Position numbers and translations under genes: made by a program
Assembly: GCA_963848305.1 (NCBI GenBank)
Contig: CAWKDC010000001.1
Coordinates: forward strand, 832,001-896,000
Direction: 5' to 3'
DNA: 64,000 bases
DNA from: an uncultured Gammaproteobacteria bacterium
GTDB lineage: Bacteria; Pseudomonadota; Gammaproteobacteria; JABCZS01
In this document: piece by piece, positions 47,286 through 58,123 of the stretch
How positions within the stretch are numbered: position 1 is the stretch's first letter
Layout of the letters: the number at the start of each line of letters is the position of its first letter
The notes under the pieces: generated by a model
What the model was told of the DNA's origin: nothing
Database searches by the model: none
What the model saw: only the letters and a program-made list of their open reading frames with translations

Positions 47286-48744
47286 CTATTCGCCACCACC
47301 CAAAATAAAGATATCATTGGGAACATTAAAATTTGAATCCCCCGTGTACAGCGCACAACTGTCGTTAAGCGATCCATCTTCATTGATAGGACAGGCTGTG
47401 ACGGAATACTGCTCACTGCCCGACTCGCCCACTGGATTGTTATTAGAGATAAACAAATACCCGTAAAGAATGGTCAGCCCAGCAGGCGCACCCAGGGTAG
47501 AATAATCCGACGTACAACCTGCTGTGAAGGGTGGGTTACTACAATCGATAAACGCCCCAGAGGTTGGATCAATTTGGCAGCTGGTGATACTGGGTCCGTT
47601 CGTCACGGATGGGTAATCATTGCAGGTGTTGCTATAATCGCCATCGCTTGAAATATAGGCCATGGTACCATCCGTACTCAGCTCAATCGCGTCAGGTGAA
47701 CTTAAGTTACCACCAGCGCTGTCTTCTGTACAGTCCGAGAGTACGCCCGTTTCAGGATCCAGGTCACAAATGCTCACCGCATTATCGAAATAATCGGTGA
47801 CATAGGCCAATGTGCCGGCTGGATTGATCGCAATCGAATTGGGACCACTGCCCACATCGTTCGACACGACACATGCTTCCAATAAGCCGGTTGAAGGATC
47901 GATCGGGCATGCACTCACGGATTGAAATCCTCCGACCCCACCATTGACAACATACAAGATGTTATTGACTGAATCGACCGAAAGGCCGTTAGGATTAGAG
48001 AAAGTGGCGGTATCAGAACTGTCATTCCCCGTGCTATATTGACAAGGATTGTCAACCGTGCCCAATGTGTAGTCAGCTGGGTTCACCTCACAGATAGTCA
48101 CCGTTGTCCCTATATAAGGCGATTCGCCCCAGGCAAAATTAGAAATGTAGGCATAGGTTCCTGACTCGACAGTGGCTAACACGATAAATGCAGGGCCATC
48201 CAATGCTGCTCCAGGCCCTGTGGTGATGCTAGGCGTTGTACAACTGCCCACTTCTGTGGTCAGATCGCACAATGTAATGGTATTGCTTCCATAATTGACA
48301 ACGTAGGCAGGGGGATCTCCCGCAGCAACAGTCGTTTCAATGGTTTCTGTGACATTGAGTTGCCCAGAGGCACTAAGCACTAAATCACGATCCATGTCTC
48401 CGGGTGTACAAGGTTGAAAACTTAAGACAATGGTGCAAGTATCTCCGCCACCCAATGGACCGACCCTGTGGGCAAGTACTGTCAACCGAGTCAATCGTCA
48501 CTGCATCGGCACCTAGATCGTCGTTGTCATTGAGTGTGTATGAAATGTTAACCGCAACATCACGATTGTTGATAACGGTATAGTTTGCGGAATAGGGACT
48601 TGTACAATTGGATGTGGATAAGCCACTGATGGTCGGCGGATCTTGGAAGTCTACAGCACATCCAAATAATCCCGCCATGCACATGGCCTGAGCCAACGTG
48701 GTGAGTGACATTAACATCACTGCTAGGCATAATCTCATCATCAT
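47286..48744 (-). CDS. Secreted Cys-rich Ig-like + beta-propeller protein, paralog 1; frame break near 48463
   Basis: Signal peptide; CTIVLSFQPC; repeated blades AYV.N...vsiC.id...G.l..C. Confidence 0.75.
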
Positions 48745-48896
48745 ACGCTCTCCTTGTCTCAAAAATTACCAGCATCCATTGCTATAAAAAATGTAGCGTC
48801 CGGCGACTATACCACAAAGATCAACGCTTGCAAAGCAAAAAGGATTTTTATATCCTATAATACCGACATCAACTCTACCCTGGGAAAGGCAACATA

Positions 48897-49439
48897 ATGA
48901 TTGAGCGCGATGATTGTGCACTACTATTGGTAGACATGCAAGAAAGATTGGTGCCTTTTGTCACTGATCATAAATCTTGCATCGAGCATTGCCAGTGGAT
49001 CTTAGAGGTTGCACAAGCACTGCGGATCCCCGTTTATACTTCTCAACAATATCCTGAAAAACTGGGCAATACGATCAAACCGCTGCACATCTTAATCAAC
49101 ACGGAAAACATCATCAACAAACTCGCATTTTCTGTGTACCGTCAGCCAGAGGGACTCACGAAAATCCATGCAAGCAACAAAAAGCAATGGATCCTCATGG
49201 GGATTGAAACGCATGTATGTGTGTTTCAAACCGCCATGGAATTAACAGCAGCAGGACATGAGGTGTTTGTGGTGGAAGAAGCCACACAATCGCGCAACCT
49301 TCATGACAAACTATTGGCCATTGAACGCATGCGTCAAACAGGCATAAGCATTATTTCCCGAGAAATGGCGGTCTTTGAATGGCTGCGGGTCGCAGGGACT
49401 CCTGAATTTAAGGGCATCATCGAAAAATTTATTAAGTAA
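48897..49439 (+). CDS. Isochorismatase-family cysteine hydrolase
   Basis: LLLVDMQERL; QYPEKLGNT; GIETHVCVFQT. Confidence 0.9.
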   Translation: MIERDDCALLLVDMQERLVPFVTDHKSCIEHCQWILEVAQALRIPVYTSQQYPEKLGNTIKPLHILINTENIINKLAFSVYRQPEGLTKIHASNKKQWILMGIETHVCVFQTAMELTAAGHEVFVVEEATQSRNLHDKLLAIERMRQTGISIISREMAVFEWLRVAGTPEFKGIIEKFIK

Positions 49440-49451
49440 CGCAGTTATTCT

Positions 49452-50816
49452 TCATGGCGTGAATAATATATCACTCGGCGCACTAAAGCTTTCATCGAGA
49501 AGCGCCATACAAGACGAATCGATAAAACTGCCATCTGAAGGATCGAGTGAACATGTTGTGATGGTATATTCATCACTTCCATTTTCATCTAGATTGCTGA
49601 TATAGATAGTGTTACCTGCGATGAACAAACCTGCAGGATCAGCCAGCAGGCCGTTTGCATCATCTGCCATCGGCGCACAATTTGTCCCATTACAAATAGC
49701 CACCGTATTGTTGCCCCCATTGGACACATATACATTATTGAGCCCAGGAGCGAGACTGGTAGGACCATTCAGCGTGGGATCTGTTCTATTTTCAACAAAG
49801 ATCAAATTTCCAAAGTCATCGATTTCCATAATAGAAATATTGTTTGTCAGTGTGTTGGCAATCAGCGCTAAACCACCATTATTAATCACCACAATATCTT
49901 CCGGCGTAATGCCCAAAACTTCATCACCTGCAGGCGCAGTTGTGCAAGGCGCCAATGTACCATCTCCATTAATTCCGCAAATGCTGATGTTGTTGCCAAG
50001 CTTGTTTGCAACGTAAAGCAAATTACCCGATTCAACAACATTGACCGACATCCCATAAGGTTGGAGAAAGGTGACATCTGTCAGTTTTTCGCAAGTTCCC
50101 ATTTCACCAGGACCTGTGACTGGGCAAAAAGACACAGAGTTATCGCCTTGGTTGCTGATATATACATATTCTCCCGTCGGATCAAATGTCATGCCCCAAG
50201 GATTATTCAAAATATTGGTTGATGTATCATCGAGAATCGGAACCGGCGTACAAGTGGTTGAATCCACCGAGCCAGAACCAAATGTGCCATCGTCATTTAA
50301 TGGGCAATATGAAATTGAATTTGAGCCAGCATTCACAACATAAACATTATTATAACCACTGCCCACATCAGCGCTAATATCCCAATTCAATGGGCGTTGT
50401 ATGCTATTGGGCACAATCGTTAATGTATAATCAAGCAAACCCGTGGAACACGGCGCAAAATTCAAATACACCAAACATTGGGAAGCGCTGCCACCACCGC
50501 CATACAGCGTTACCATATTATTGCAACACGATGGCCCGCACCCGAGCCACATGCCATCACTGACAGCATTGTCTAGATTCGGTGTAACCGATAAACTTTC
50601 CAACATCACAGGAGCTGATCCAACATTGGTAAGTAGATAGGTGATGCCCACAGGGTTAGAACAGTTCAGCACCGTTAAGGGTGGGGTTGCAACTGGTGTG
50701 AGCACAAGCCCGCAAGGCCCCAAATCGTTTATGCACACATCCAACGCTTCTATAGCCTGAACAGTAAAAGGGATTATGATCACAACAAGTGCGAGTCCGT
50801 TTCTATACAATGACAT
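49452..50816 (-). CDS. Secreted Cys-rich Ig-like + beta-propeller protein, paralog 2
   Basis: Signal peptide; CLVYLNFAPC; blades VYVVNAGSNSISYC, VYISNQGDNSVSFC, LYVANKLGNNISIC. Confidence 0.8.
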   Translation of the reverse strand: MSLYRNGLALVVIIIPFTVQAIEALDVCINDLGPCGLVLTPVATPPLTVLNCSNPVGITYLLTNVGSAPVMLESLSVTPNLDNAVSDGMWLGCGPSCCNNMVTLYGGGGSASQCLVYLNFAPCSTGLLDYTLTIVPNSIQRPLNWDISADVGSGYNNVYVVNAGSNSISYCPLNDDGTFGSGSVDSTTCTPVPILDDTSTNILNNPWGMTFDPTGEYVYISNQGDNSVSFCPVTGPGEMGTCEKLTDVTFLQPYGMSVNVVESGNLLYVANKLGNNISICGINGDGTLAPCTTAPAGDEVLGITPEDIVVINNGGLALIANTLTNNISIMEIDDFGNLIFVENRTDPTLNGPTSLAPGLNNVYVSNGGNNTVAICNGTNCAPMADDANGLLADPAGLFIAGNTIYISNLDENGSDEYTITTCSLDPSDGSFIDSSCMALLDESFSAPSDILFTP

Positions 50817-50847
50817 AAGCTCTCCAACAGAGTTAAGTGAGCCCTTT

Positions 50848-52576
50848 TCATTTTACTGGGGTATACGGAAAATTCGCAATCCAGACAGAATCAGCCGTAC
50901 TGAACAAATCACTTCCCGTCGTGGTCACACAATCGCCAAACAATCCGCCAGCCATCAAAGGGCACACTGATACCGTGCTATCGGCTTGAGGCTGACACAG
51001 CAATGCACCATCCGTTGCGGGATATTCATAACCGTCCACACATCCATTGGGGATGTATGCATAAGACACACCATAAGGGGATAATCGATTGTTGGTGAAT
51101 ATATTGGTAGAATAAACATCAAAGTTAAATGTTCGATTCCCACTGCTGTCCAATCCCGCATATTTTTGACAACTCGTCAGTGCCTTACCACCGGGCGCGA
51201 TCTCACAAATCACCACATTGCCGCCAGGGATATTGGTTTGAGAAGCACAACCCGGATCGGATGCTGCACAGGGTTGTTTATCGTAAAAATTATTCGCTAA
51301 ATACAGATGGTTCCCGTCAGGACTGATATCAATCCCTTGTAAGAACGTGAAAAAGCTCGGTGAACCATACGCGATTTGACAATGCTGAAACCCACCAGGA
51401 TTAGTCGCATCATTATCCGGCAACACCTCGCAGATAGATACGTTGCTGTCATAGTACTTACCCGGATTACCGCCTGAATCATTCACAAAATTAGGCACAT
51501 ACACAATTTTACCATCCAAACTGAAGGCCATGCGTCCATTGGGTTGATTTAAAGTAACGATGCCATTCTGACCTGTCATCGAATCAAATGTACAACAATC
51601 ACTTGGCATACCTGGTGCATTCGGCGTGCAACTGCCAATGTCTGCGGGAGGAACTGTACGGGTTGTGCAACCATAGTCAATGTTGCAGTTACTCAATGAG
51701 CCATCAACGGGATTGATCGGACAAACGGCCACGGTTTGATCCGTCTCATTAGGGGGGTAATTACTATTCGTGGTATACAAGAAGGTATTGGCTGGATTGA
51801 TCCTGAGACCAGAGTCTTGCAAGATCAATGGGCTGCTGGTAAATTTGGTGCAAGGCTGCAGCAACCCATTTGAATCGACGTCGCAGACCGCAATGAATGA
51901 ATCAGTTGTTAAAGTCTGCTGCCTGGGCTCGCCTGGCAAAGGGATGGTTGGTTGAGGGACCCGCATTGGCGACGTAGGCAACGGTGCTATCGTTATTAAC
52001 CACGATATCAATTGGAGAATTAAAATAAACACCGCTCGAATCTAAGAAATTTTGGCACATGTCGAGGGAACCATCTGTTTCATCAACCCCACAAATGGTG
52101 ACCGCATCGCTGACATCGTCATTCGCAATATAGGCCATCTGGCTAAACACAGTGGACTTGATGTTCGCCACCAATGGCTTTTGGTCTGTGGCCTTCACCA
52201 CCAATTGACGGTTGATCGTACCCGCCGTACAGGGCTGAAAACTTAATACAATCGTACAGGTTTGTCCGTGTACCAACGTTTCATTTTCCTCACACGTACT
52301 CAGCGCATCATCGATAGTCACTGCGTCAGCAAGCAAGGAATCATGGAGAACAAGAGAATAGGTGATGGTTCGGGGCAAGGGAAAATCGTTGATAATGACA
52401 TAAGTATAGGTAAGCAAAGAAGGAGAAACGTCACAATTGGCAGTGGTTGTCACAGGACTGATCACGGGGGTAGATTCAAATGCAACGGCACATCCCGTGG
52501 AATTGTTAAAACAAAGGGCATGCGATACCGTGGCCAAGGCACATAACAAAACACTTCTCATGATACATTTAAACAT
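50848..52576 (-). CDS. Secreted Cys-rich Ig-like + beta-propeller protein, paralog 3; frame break near 51956
   Basis: Signal peptide; CTIVLSFQPC; AYIAND...VTICGVDETDGSLDMC; VCPINPVDGSLSNC. Confidence 0.75.
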
Positions 52577-52587
52577 ATTGACTCCCT

Positions 52588-53297
52588 TTAAAAGGCAACG
52601 CTAAAGCCTAATAACAATGCTTGTGAATGGATATTAAAGTCCTCAGATGAAATAGCCTGCGTATTTTTCAATGAAACATCCGAAAATGCAGCATACAAAT
52701 ATTCTGCCGTTAAGGCGACATCCTCAATGATCTCAAGACTCAAACCCGCACCCACTTCATAAGCAAAGTTTGAGTCTGTTTGTGCCTCAAGGACCACGCC
52801 AGGATAATACTGGTCTTCGTCTTGCGCGAAATCAATGTGATTCCAAGATGATCCGATCCCAACAATACCATAGAGGGAAACCACTTCGTAGCTGACAATG
52901 GTGAGTGCCACATCCATCATCAAACGATTGCTGATGAGCTGCCGATCTGGTAACTGACGTCATTGCAGTCAATGTCAAACTGACGATAACGATCAACATG
53001 TCCACTGATATTACCTTTAAGGTAATAATAATTAAATTGCGGTGCAATCGATGGGAACCAATGGGAGTTTTCCCATAAAGGAATGACATATGCAAGACCC
53101 GCCTGGCCTGTGCCTGCTTTCCATTGATCTTCATTGCCTTGAATGAGATTGTTGTCTTGCGTACTGGAAAGGCGCATCTCTACATTGCCCGTATCCAAGG
53201 CAGCGGTGCCGCCAGACAGCGAGAATTGCCAGTGAGACTCGGCAATTGCGGAGGATGAAACGAGAATCATTCCCGTTGCTAAAATCATTTTTTGCAT
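52588..53297 (-). CDS. Small outer-membrane beta-barrel protein; frame break near 52940
   Basis: Signal peptide; alternating strands LYGIVGIGSSW, FAYEVGAGLS, LTAEYLY; C-terminal Phe (LGFSVAF). Confidence 0.7.
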
Positions 53298-53397
53298 AGC
53301 CTTTCCTTGGTCATGAAAATCTGCTCAACAAAGTATATCACAGCAATCCATTTTTACAGTATACTTCAATAATAAGCTCATCAGACAAGGAAACGCC

Positions 53398-53958
53398 ATG
53401 AACACGATGATTATTTTCGGCATACTCGCCCTCTTCTTTCTCTTTTTTATCATGCTCTACAACCGATTGGTTGCTTTGCGTCAAGCACGCAACAATGCGT
53501 TTGCGGATATTGATGTGCAGCTGAAGCTGCGTTTCGATTTGGTGCCAAACCTGGTCAATACCGTGAAAGGATACGCCACGCATGAAAGCACTGTATTTGA
53601 AAAAATCACGGAAGCACGGGCCAGCGTTGGACGCGCGCAGCAGGTCAATGATCGCATTGCGGCGGAAAATGCCTTGAGCGGTGCATTGATGAATTTATTT
53701 GCCGTGGCAGAGAATTATCCCGACCTGAAAGCAAATCAAGGGTTTCAACAATTGCAACAAGAATTGGCTGACATTGAAAACAAAATTGCCGCAGCTCGGC
53801 GATTTTTCAACAATGCAACGAATGAATTCAATACCTCCATTCAACAATTTCCTGCCAATTTGTTTGCACCTGCTTTGGGGTTTAAACAAGAACCATTTTT
53901 TGATTTGGGCGGGGATCGCGCTGAACATGAAAAACCGGTTGCCGTTAAATTTGATTGA
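53398..53958 (+). CDS. lemA: LemA family protein
   Basis: YNRLV; IDVQLKLRFDLVPNLV; AENYPDLKAN; ENKIAAARRFFN. Confidence 0.95.
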   Translation: MNTMIIFGILALFFLFFIMLYNRLVALRQARNNAFADIDVQLKLRFDLVPNLVNTVKGYATHESTVFEKITEARASVGRAQQVNDRIAAENALSGALMNLFAVAENYPDLKANQGFQQLQQELADIENKIAAARRFFNNATNEFNTSIQQFPANLFAPALGFKQEPFFDLGGDRAEHEKPVAVKFD

Positions 53959-54923
53959 TGGGAAATGTGCTCATGTCAGCAGGGATTAATACATACATTT
54001 GGAATAATAATTTGAAGAGCATATTACTATTGTGTGCTTTTCCATTTTTATTTTTCCTGCTTGATTTTTTATTTTTTTCGGGCATGGCCGCTATTTCACC
54101 CATGCCTATCAACGTCGATCCCAATCAGTTCATCGTGCAACAAGGCGTGTCGGGCTTGGCCAATACTTGGCATTGGGTAGTGATGGGTGTCGGCATCTGG
54201 TTTATCGTTGCGTATTTTTCACACAGTGCGATCATTCGCGCGGCCACGCATGCGGTGCCGCTCGCACGCAAGGATGCACCTGAGCTCTATAATTTGCTCG
54301 AGAATTTATGCATTTCCCGCGGTATACGCACCCCCAAATTGTTTATCATGGAAACACCTGCCATGAATGCGTTTGCCAGTGGGATCGATCAGGGATCATT
54401 TTCAATCACGGTCACACGCGGACTGCTGAACAACCTCAACACAATAGAATTGCAGGCAGTGCTGGGACATGAATTAACGCATATTCTCAATCGCGATGTG
54501 CGATTGCTGATTGTCAGTATTATTTTTGTGGGGATCATCAGTTTTTTATCGAACATGGCTGTGCGCAATATGCTATTCATGAATCGAGGCAACCGCAATC
54601 GTCGTGAAGGCGCTGCTGTCTTGGTGGGGATGATGGTCTTGGCGATCGGTTATGTGTTGGCGATCCTCATTCGTTTTGCATTATCACGTCGCCGTGAATT
54701 CATGGCGGATGCCGGTGCAGTGATGCTCACTAAAGATCCGGATGCCATGATATCTGCCTTGCAAAAGATCTCTCGCCATGCGGAGATCCCGGGCGTGGCG
54801 GGTGAAGTGAAGTCCATGTTTATTGAAAACCCACCATCAACTTCTTTTCTGGATTGGTTTGCGACGCATCCGCCCATTGAGGCGAGGATAAAAGCATTGA
54901 GGGAGATGGGCGGGGGATTGTAG
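53958..54923 (+). CDS. M48 (HtpX-like) zinc metalloprotease
   Basis: NAFASG; HELTH (HExxH); SRRREFMADAGA; FATHPP. Confidence 0.92.
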   Translation: MGNVLMSAGINTYIWNNNLKSILLLCAFPFLFFLLDFLFFSGMAAISPMPINVDPNQFIVQQGVSGLANTWHWVVMGVGIWFIVAYFSHSAIIRAATHAVPLARKDAPELYNLLENLCISRGIRTPKLFIMETPAMNAFASGIDQGSFSITVTRGLLNNLNTIELQAVLGHELTHILNRDVRLLIVSIIFVGIISFLSNMAVRNMLFMNRGNRNRREGAAVLVGMMVLAIGYVLAILIRFALSRRREFMADAGAVMLTKDPDAMISALQKISRHAEIPGVAGEVKSMFIENPPSTSFLDWFATHPPIEARIKALREMGGGL

Positions 54924-55764
54924 ACGAACATAATTGCGTTATCAAATCATGTTCTTTCACCCTTTTGGGGATATCATCGTCAACAAATAAGACAGGTGGA
55001 TCATCATCATCATCTTCATCGTCAATACCGTTCTCATCACCATCGTCGTCTTTGATTCCTTCATTCAGGAGTGAAGCCATCGTTACAGCTTTTTTTTTAT
55101 CTAGATCAGCAGAATCCTCCTTACTCCACCGCATCACCCACATTGGCGCCATGGTTACCACCGTGCCCACGCCCGTGACCAAGGGGGAGATGAATCCTCT
55201 GACTAATTTATCAAGAGAAGAACCTTCTTCAGCGCCTATCCATTCCGGTGTCAAGTAGCCGACGTACCACATAAACCCGCCCATAAAGAGGCTCGCAGCC
55301 AATAATGTATATGTGCCAGGGTTTGCTTTGACTTCGCTCCAGCCATCGTAATAAATATTGTAAGCCATGGACAATGCCATCGTGCCCAAACCGGCGTAAG
55401 CGCCTAAAATAAGACCATTAGTCTCTTCACCCATCAAAAAGAAAGCAGGCAGAAAACCTGACATCCATCCAGCAATGCCAATCACGATACTGGCGGCGAT
55501 GTACTGATCATCCTTTTTCTGTGCTTCCTGCTCATCTTGTTCTCGACAGTGCTTCGAATAATAACGTGCCCCTGCATAAGCCAAGCCCGCCAACACGAAC
55601 GGATAAATGAATAAATTCGTGAACAGATCTGGCGACAGTGTCCCGATCATATGCTTTTCAGTAAAATGAATATCCACCTCTTGGTTAAAATATTGCCAGC
55701 CCACGTCGGCAAACACGGACATGGAAGCAGCTTTGGCGATGTTTAACTCTGTGATTTGGGGCAT
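54820..55764 (-). CDS. Multi-pass membrane protein of unknown function with an acidic tail
   Basis: 314 aa, several hydrophobic segments, DDDGDENGIDDEDDDDD. Confidence 0.7.
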   Translation of the reverse strand: MPQITELNIAKAASMSVFADVGWQYFNQEVDIHFTEKHMIGTLSPDLFTNLFIYPFVLAGLAYAGARYYSKHCREQDEQEAQKKDDQYIAASIVIGIAGWMSGFLPAFFLMGEETNGLILGAYAGLGTMALSMAYNIYYDGWSEVKANPGTYTLLAASLFMGGFMWYVGYLTPEWIGAEEGSSLDKLVRGFISPLVTGVGTVVTMAPMWVMRWSKEDSADLDKKKAVTMASLLNEGIKDDDGDENGIDDEDDDDDPPVLFVDDDIPKRVKEHDLITQLCSSTIPRPSPSMLLSSPQWADASQTNPEKKLMVGFQ

Positions 55765-55799
55765 TTTAACTCATGTACCAGGTTTTAAAATAAGTGTGA

Positions 55800-56628
55800 C
55801 TAATGCAAATACTCAGGCGTGCACTTTTCTTGAATATACTCAGTTGTCTTATGATGGCCATAAAGCATCGTCGCTGTGCCCACGGCGGTAAATAAGGGTG
55901 CAAAGAGCCCACGTGCCACTTTATTCCACTGCTCCTCATTGCCGATACCCTTATCCATCAGGTGTTCACCTATGCCAAAATCGGATGCACAAAAACTGAT
56001 ATACCACAAAAAGCCAGCGCCCAGGGTGAAGAGTGCCATGGACGCGCGGGTTAAGCGCTTTCCGTTTTCTGTGAGTGCGATATAAGGTTTAATCTCACGC
56101 TTTTTATTGTCCATTTGTTTTTCTAAATAGAGATAATGGTATAACCCTACTGCCAATGCCGAGCCAACACCTACCAGTGCACCCACGGCCAGCATGGTAT
56201 GCCAATCCTCTGTGGGTACCCAGTCTTCAGCCACCAGCCCAAAAGCCAGATCAGCCACATAGTAGCCTGCGGTGCCAGCCGACCATGTCAATACAAGCCC
56301 AAGTCGCAATTTGCGCATTGGAAATGTTGGCTGATTTTTTGTCTTTATTTAACCGATTGATCAACGCGCCCATGGCCCAGATCACGCCCAAACCAATGGC
56401 AAAAGGATACAATATCGCCGTCACATCGGTGCTGGCAAGTTCCCCTGCATTGGGATGGTCTTCGCTCAGTTTGTAATCTATCCATTGGGCACAGACTTGC
56501 CAGATCACTGCGCTCAGGATCAGGAGGATCTCGGGTTTATGATCAGCTAAGAATGTCACCGCAGTGTTATCTGAGCTAGATATAGGTGCTACCTCAAAGT
56601 CATTTCTGGAAATCTCTTCACCCCGCAT
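55800..56628 (-). CDS. Multi-pass membrane protein paralogous to 54820-55764; frame break near 56300
   Basis: The two ORFs align consecutively to the neighbour: YPF, GFLWY/GFMWY, KVARGLFAPLFTAVGT/KLVRGFISPLVTGVGT. Confidence 0.65.
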
Positions 56629-56724
56629 CTTTCACCTCCGCTACAAACTACATCTCTAGCTTATCCCATCTGCGATGGCATGTCAAGATGGACAACTATC
56701 TTTAAAGTCTTTAAAAACAGAGGG

Positions 56725-57324
56725 TTACAATTTTGCCTCAAGATAGCTCAAGTTATCTGACAAACATTTCATGTCAGCGTCTATAGGATTAGCCACCCAA
56801 GTCACCTTAAGCCCCGCAGCTTGCAAGGCACGGTAGGATAAAATCGCATGGTTGAGGCAACCCAGCCGCATCCCAACCACCAATATCACTGGTATATCAA
56901 ACGCTTGCATCACATCCAACAAGGTTTCCTGCTCATTGATGGGCGCATGCACGCCGCCCGCTCCCTCAAAAAAAACATGGTCGTATTGAGACATGTCTGC
57001 CGACAAACAGCGCTTGGCCACAGTCGCAGCATCTATGCGCACTCCCATTTTCGCGGCGGCAATATGCGGGCTGACAGGCGCCTCAAAACAGAAAGGATTA
57101 ACCATCTCATCAGTGGGTGCAAAATCGCTGGCAGCTTGCAACAATAGGGCATCTTGATTGCGCAAACCGACCGGTGTATGTTCCCCGCCAGAGGCAATCG
57201 GTTTCACACCCAACACTTTTTTCCCAGATTGTTTGAGTGATTGCATGAATTGCAAGGTCATATAAGTTTTGCCACAATCCGTATCGGTGCCTGTCACAAA
57301 ATAATAACGTTCAGTGAATTCCAT
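56725..57324 (-). CDS. bioD: Dethiobiotin synthase
   Basis: FVTGTDTDCGKT; KPIASG; EGAGG; LGCLNHA. Confidence 0.96.
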   Translation of the reverse strand: MEFTERYYFVTGTDTDCGKTYMTLQFMQSLKQSGKKVLGVKPIASGGEHTPVGLRNQDALLLQAASDFAPTDEMVNPFCFEAPVSPHIAAAKMGVRIDAATVAKRCLSADMSQYDHVFFEGAGGVHAPINEQETLLDVMQAFDIPVILVVGMRLGCLNHAILSYRALQAAGLKVTWVANPIDADMKCLSDNLSYLEAKL

Positions 57325-57325
57325 G

Positions 57326-58123
57326 TTATTTCCTCCCCTGAATCGCTGAGATGGGAATCGCAACTTCACCATGTTTAACAGGCTGCTCTGCCCGCTTCTC
57401 CGCCATGCCGTAATTGATTTCATAGGTGGCTGGATATACATCATCGACTCGCATCTCATCGTATGCAGCAGCGACAGCATTTAATTGATCCTGATCAAAC
57501 GCATAACTTCCAGTGCCTTTTAAATCTTCCCATAAACCATGAAGACTGCGATACGTGAGTGTGACCCATTCTGCATTCATCACGGGTTGAAAAAATCCGA
57601 TATGCAATAACATATCGCCTATGGGATGCAAATCCACATAATCCTTCAAGTGTACTTGTTGCCCACTCGCAACAAATGCCGAACGCAATTCTTTGAGTGT
57701 ATCAACACCGAATGTTGAAAACATTAAAAAACCACCAACAGCCAACCATGCGTAACACCGTTCCAACAATCTCGGCAAATCGGCGTGATCTTCTGGAAAA
57801 CAATTAAAAATGATCGCATCAAACTGCCCCGCACGAAACGCAGATTGGAAAATATCTTGTTTTAAAAAAATCACATTCGGGAGATTTTTTTCTTTGGCGA
57901 TGGCGAGCATATTATCCGAACTGTCAATGGCGGTGATAGCTGCATCGGGATACATTGCAGATAATTTGGCCGTCAAAAAACCTGTCGCACATGCGATTTC
58001 TAAAATCCGCGACGGCTTGGCTTTAAAAAAAGATAACCGATCGATAAGGCGATCGGCAATTTCATGCTGCAATACCGCATAATGATCGTAGCTCCTGGCA
58101 ATCAGATCATATCGATTGTCCAT
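57326..58123 (-). CDS. bioC: Malonyl-ACP O-methyltransferase
   Basis: YDHYAVLQ; ILEIACATG; FSTFGVDTLKELR; GDMLL; position in the bio operon. Confidence 0.88.
   Translation of the reverse strand: MDNRYDLIARSYDHYAVLQHEIADRLIDRLSFFKAKPSRILEIACATGFLTAKLSAMYPDAAITAIDSSDNMLAIAKEKNLPNVIFLKQDIFQSAFRAGQFDAIIFNCFPEDHADLPRLLERCYAWLAVGGFLMFSTFGVDTLKELRSAFVASGQQVHLKDYVDLHPIGDMLLHIGFFQPVMNAEWVTLTYRSLHGLWEDLKGTGSYAFDQDQLNAVAAAYDEMRVDDVYPATYEINYGMAEKRAEQPVKHGEVAIPISAIQGRK

Noticed and set aside
55000-55052. (TCA)n microsatellite-like tract
   Set aside because: It encodes the poly-Asp/Glu tail of the minus-strand membrane protein and is imperfect.
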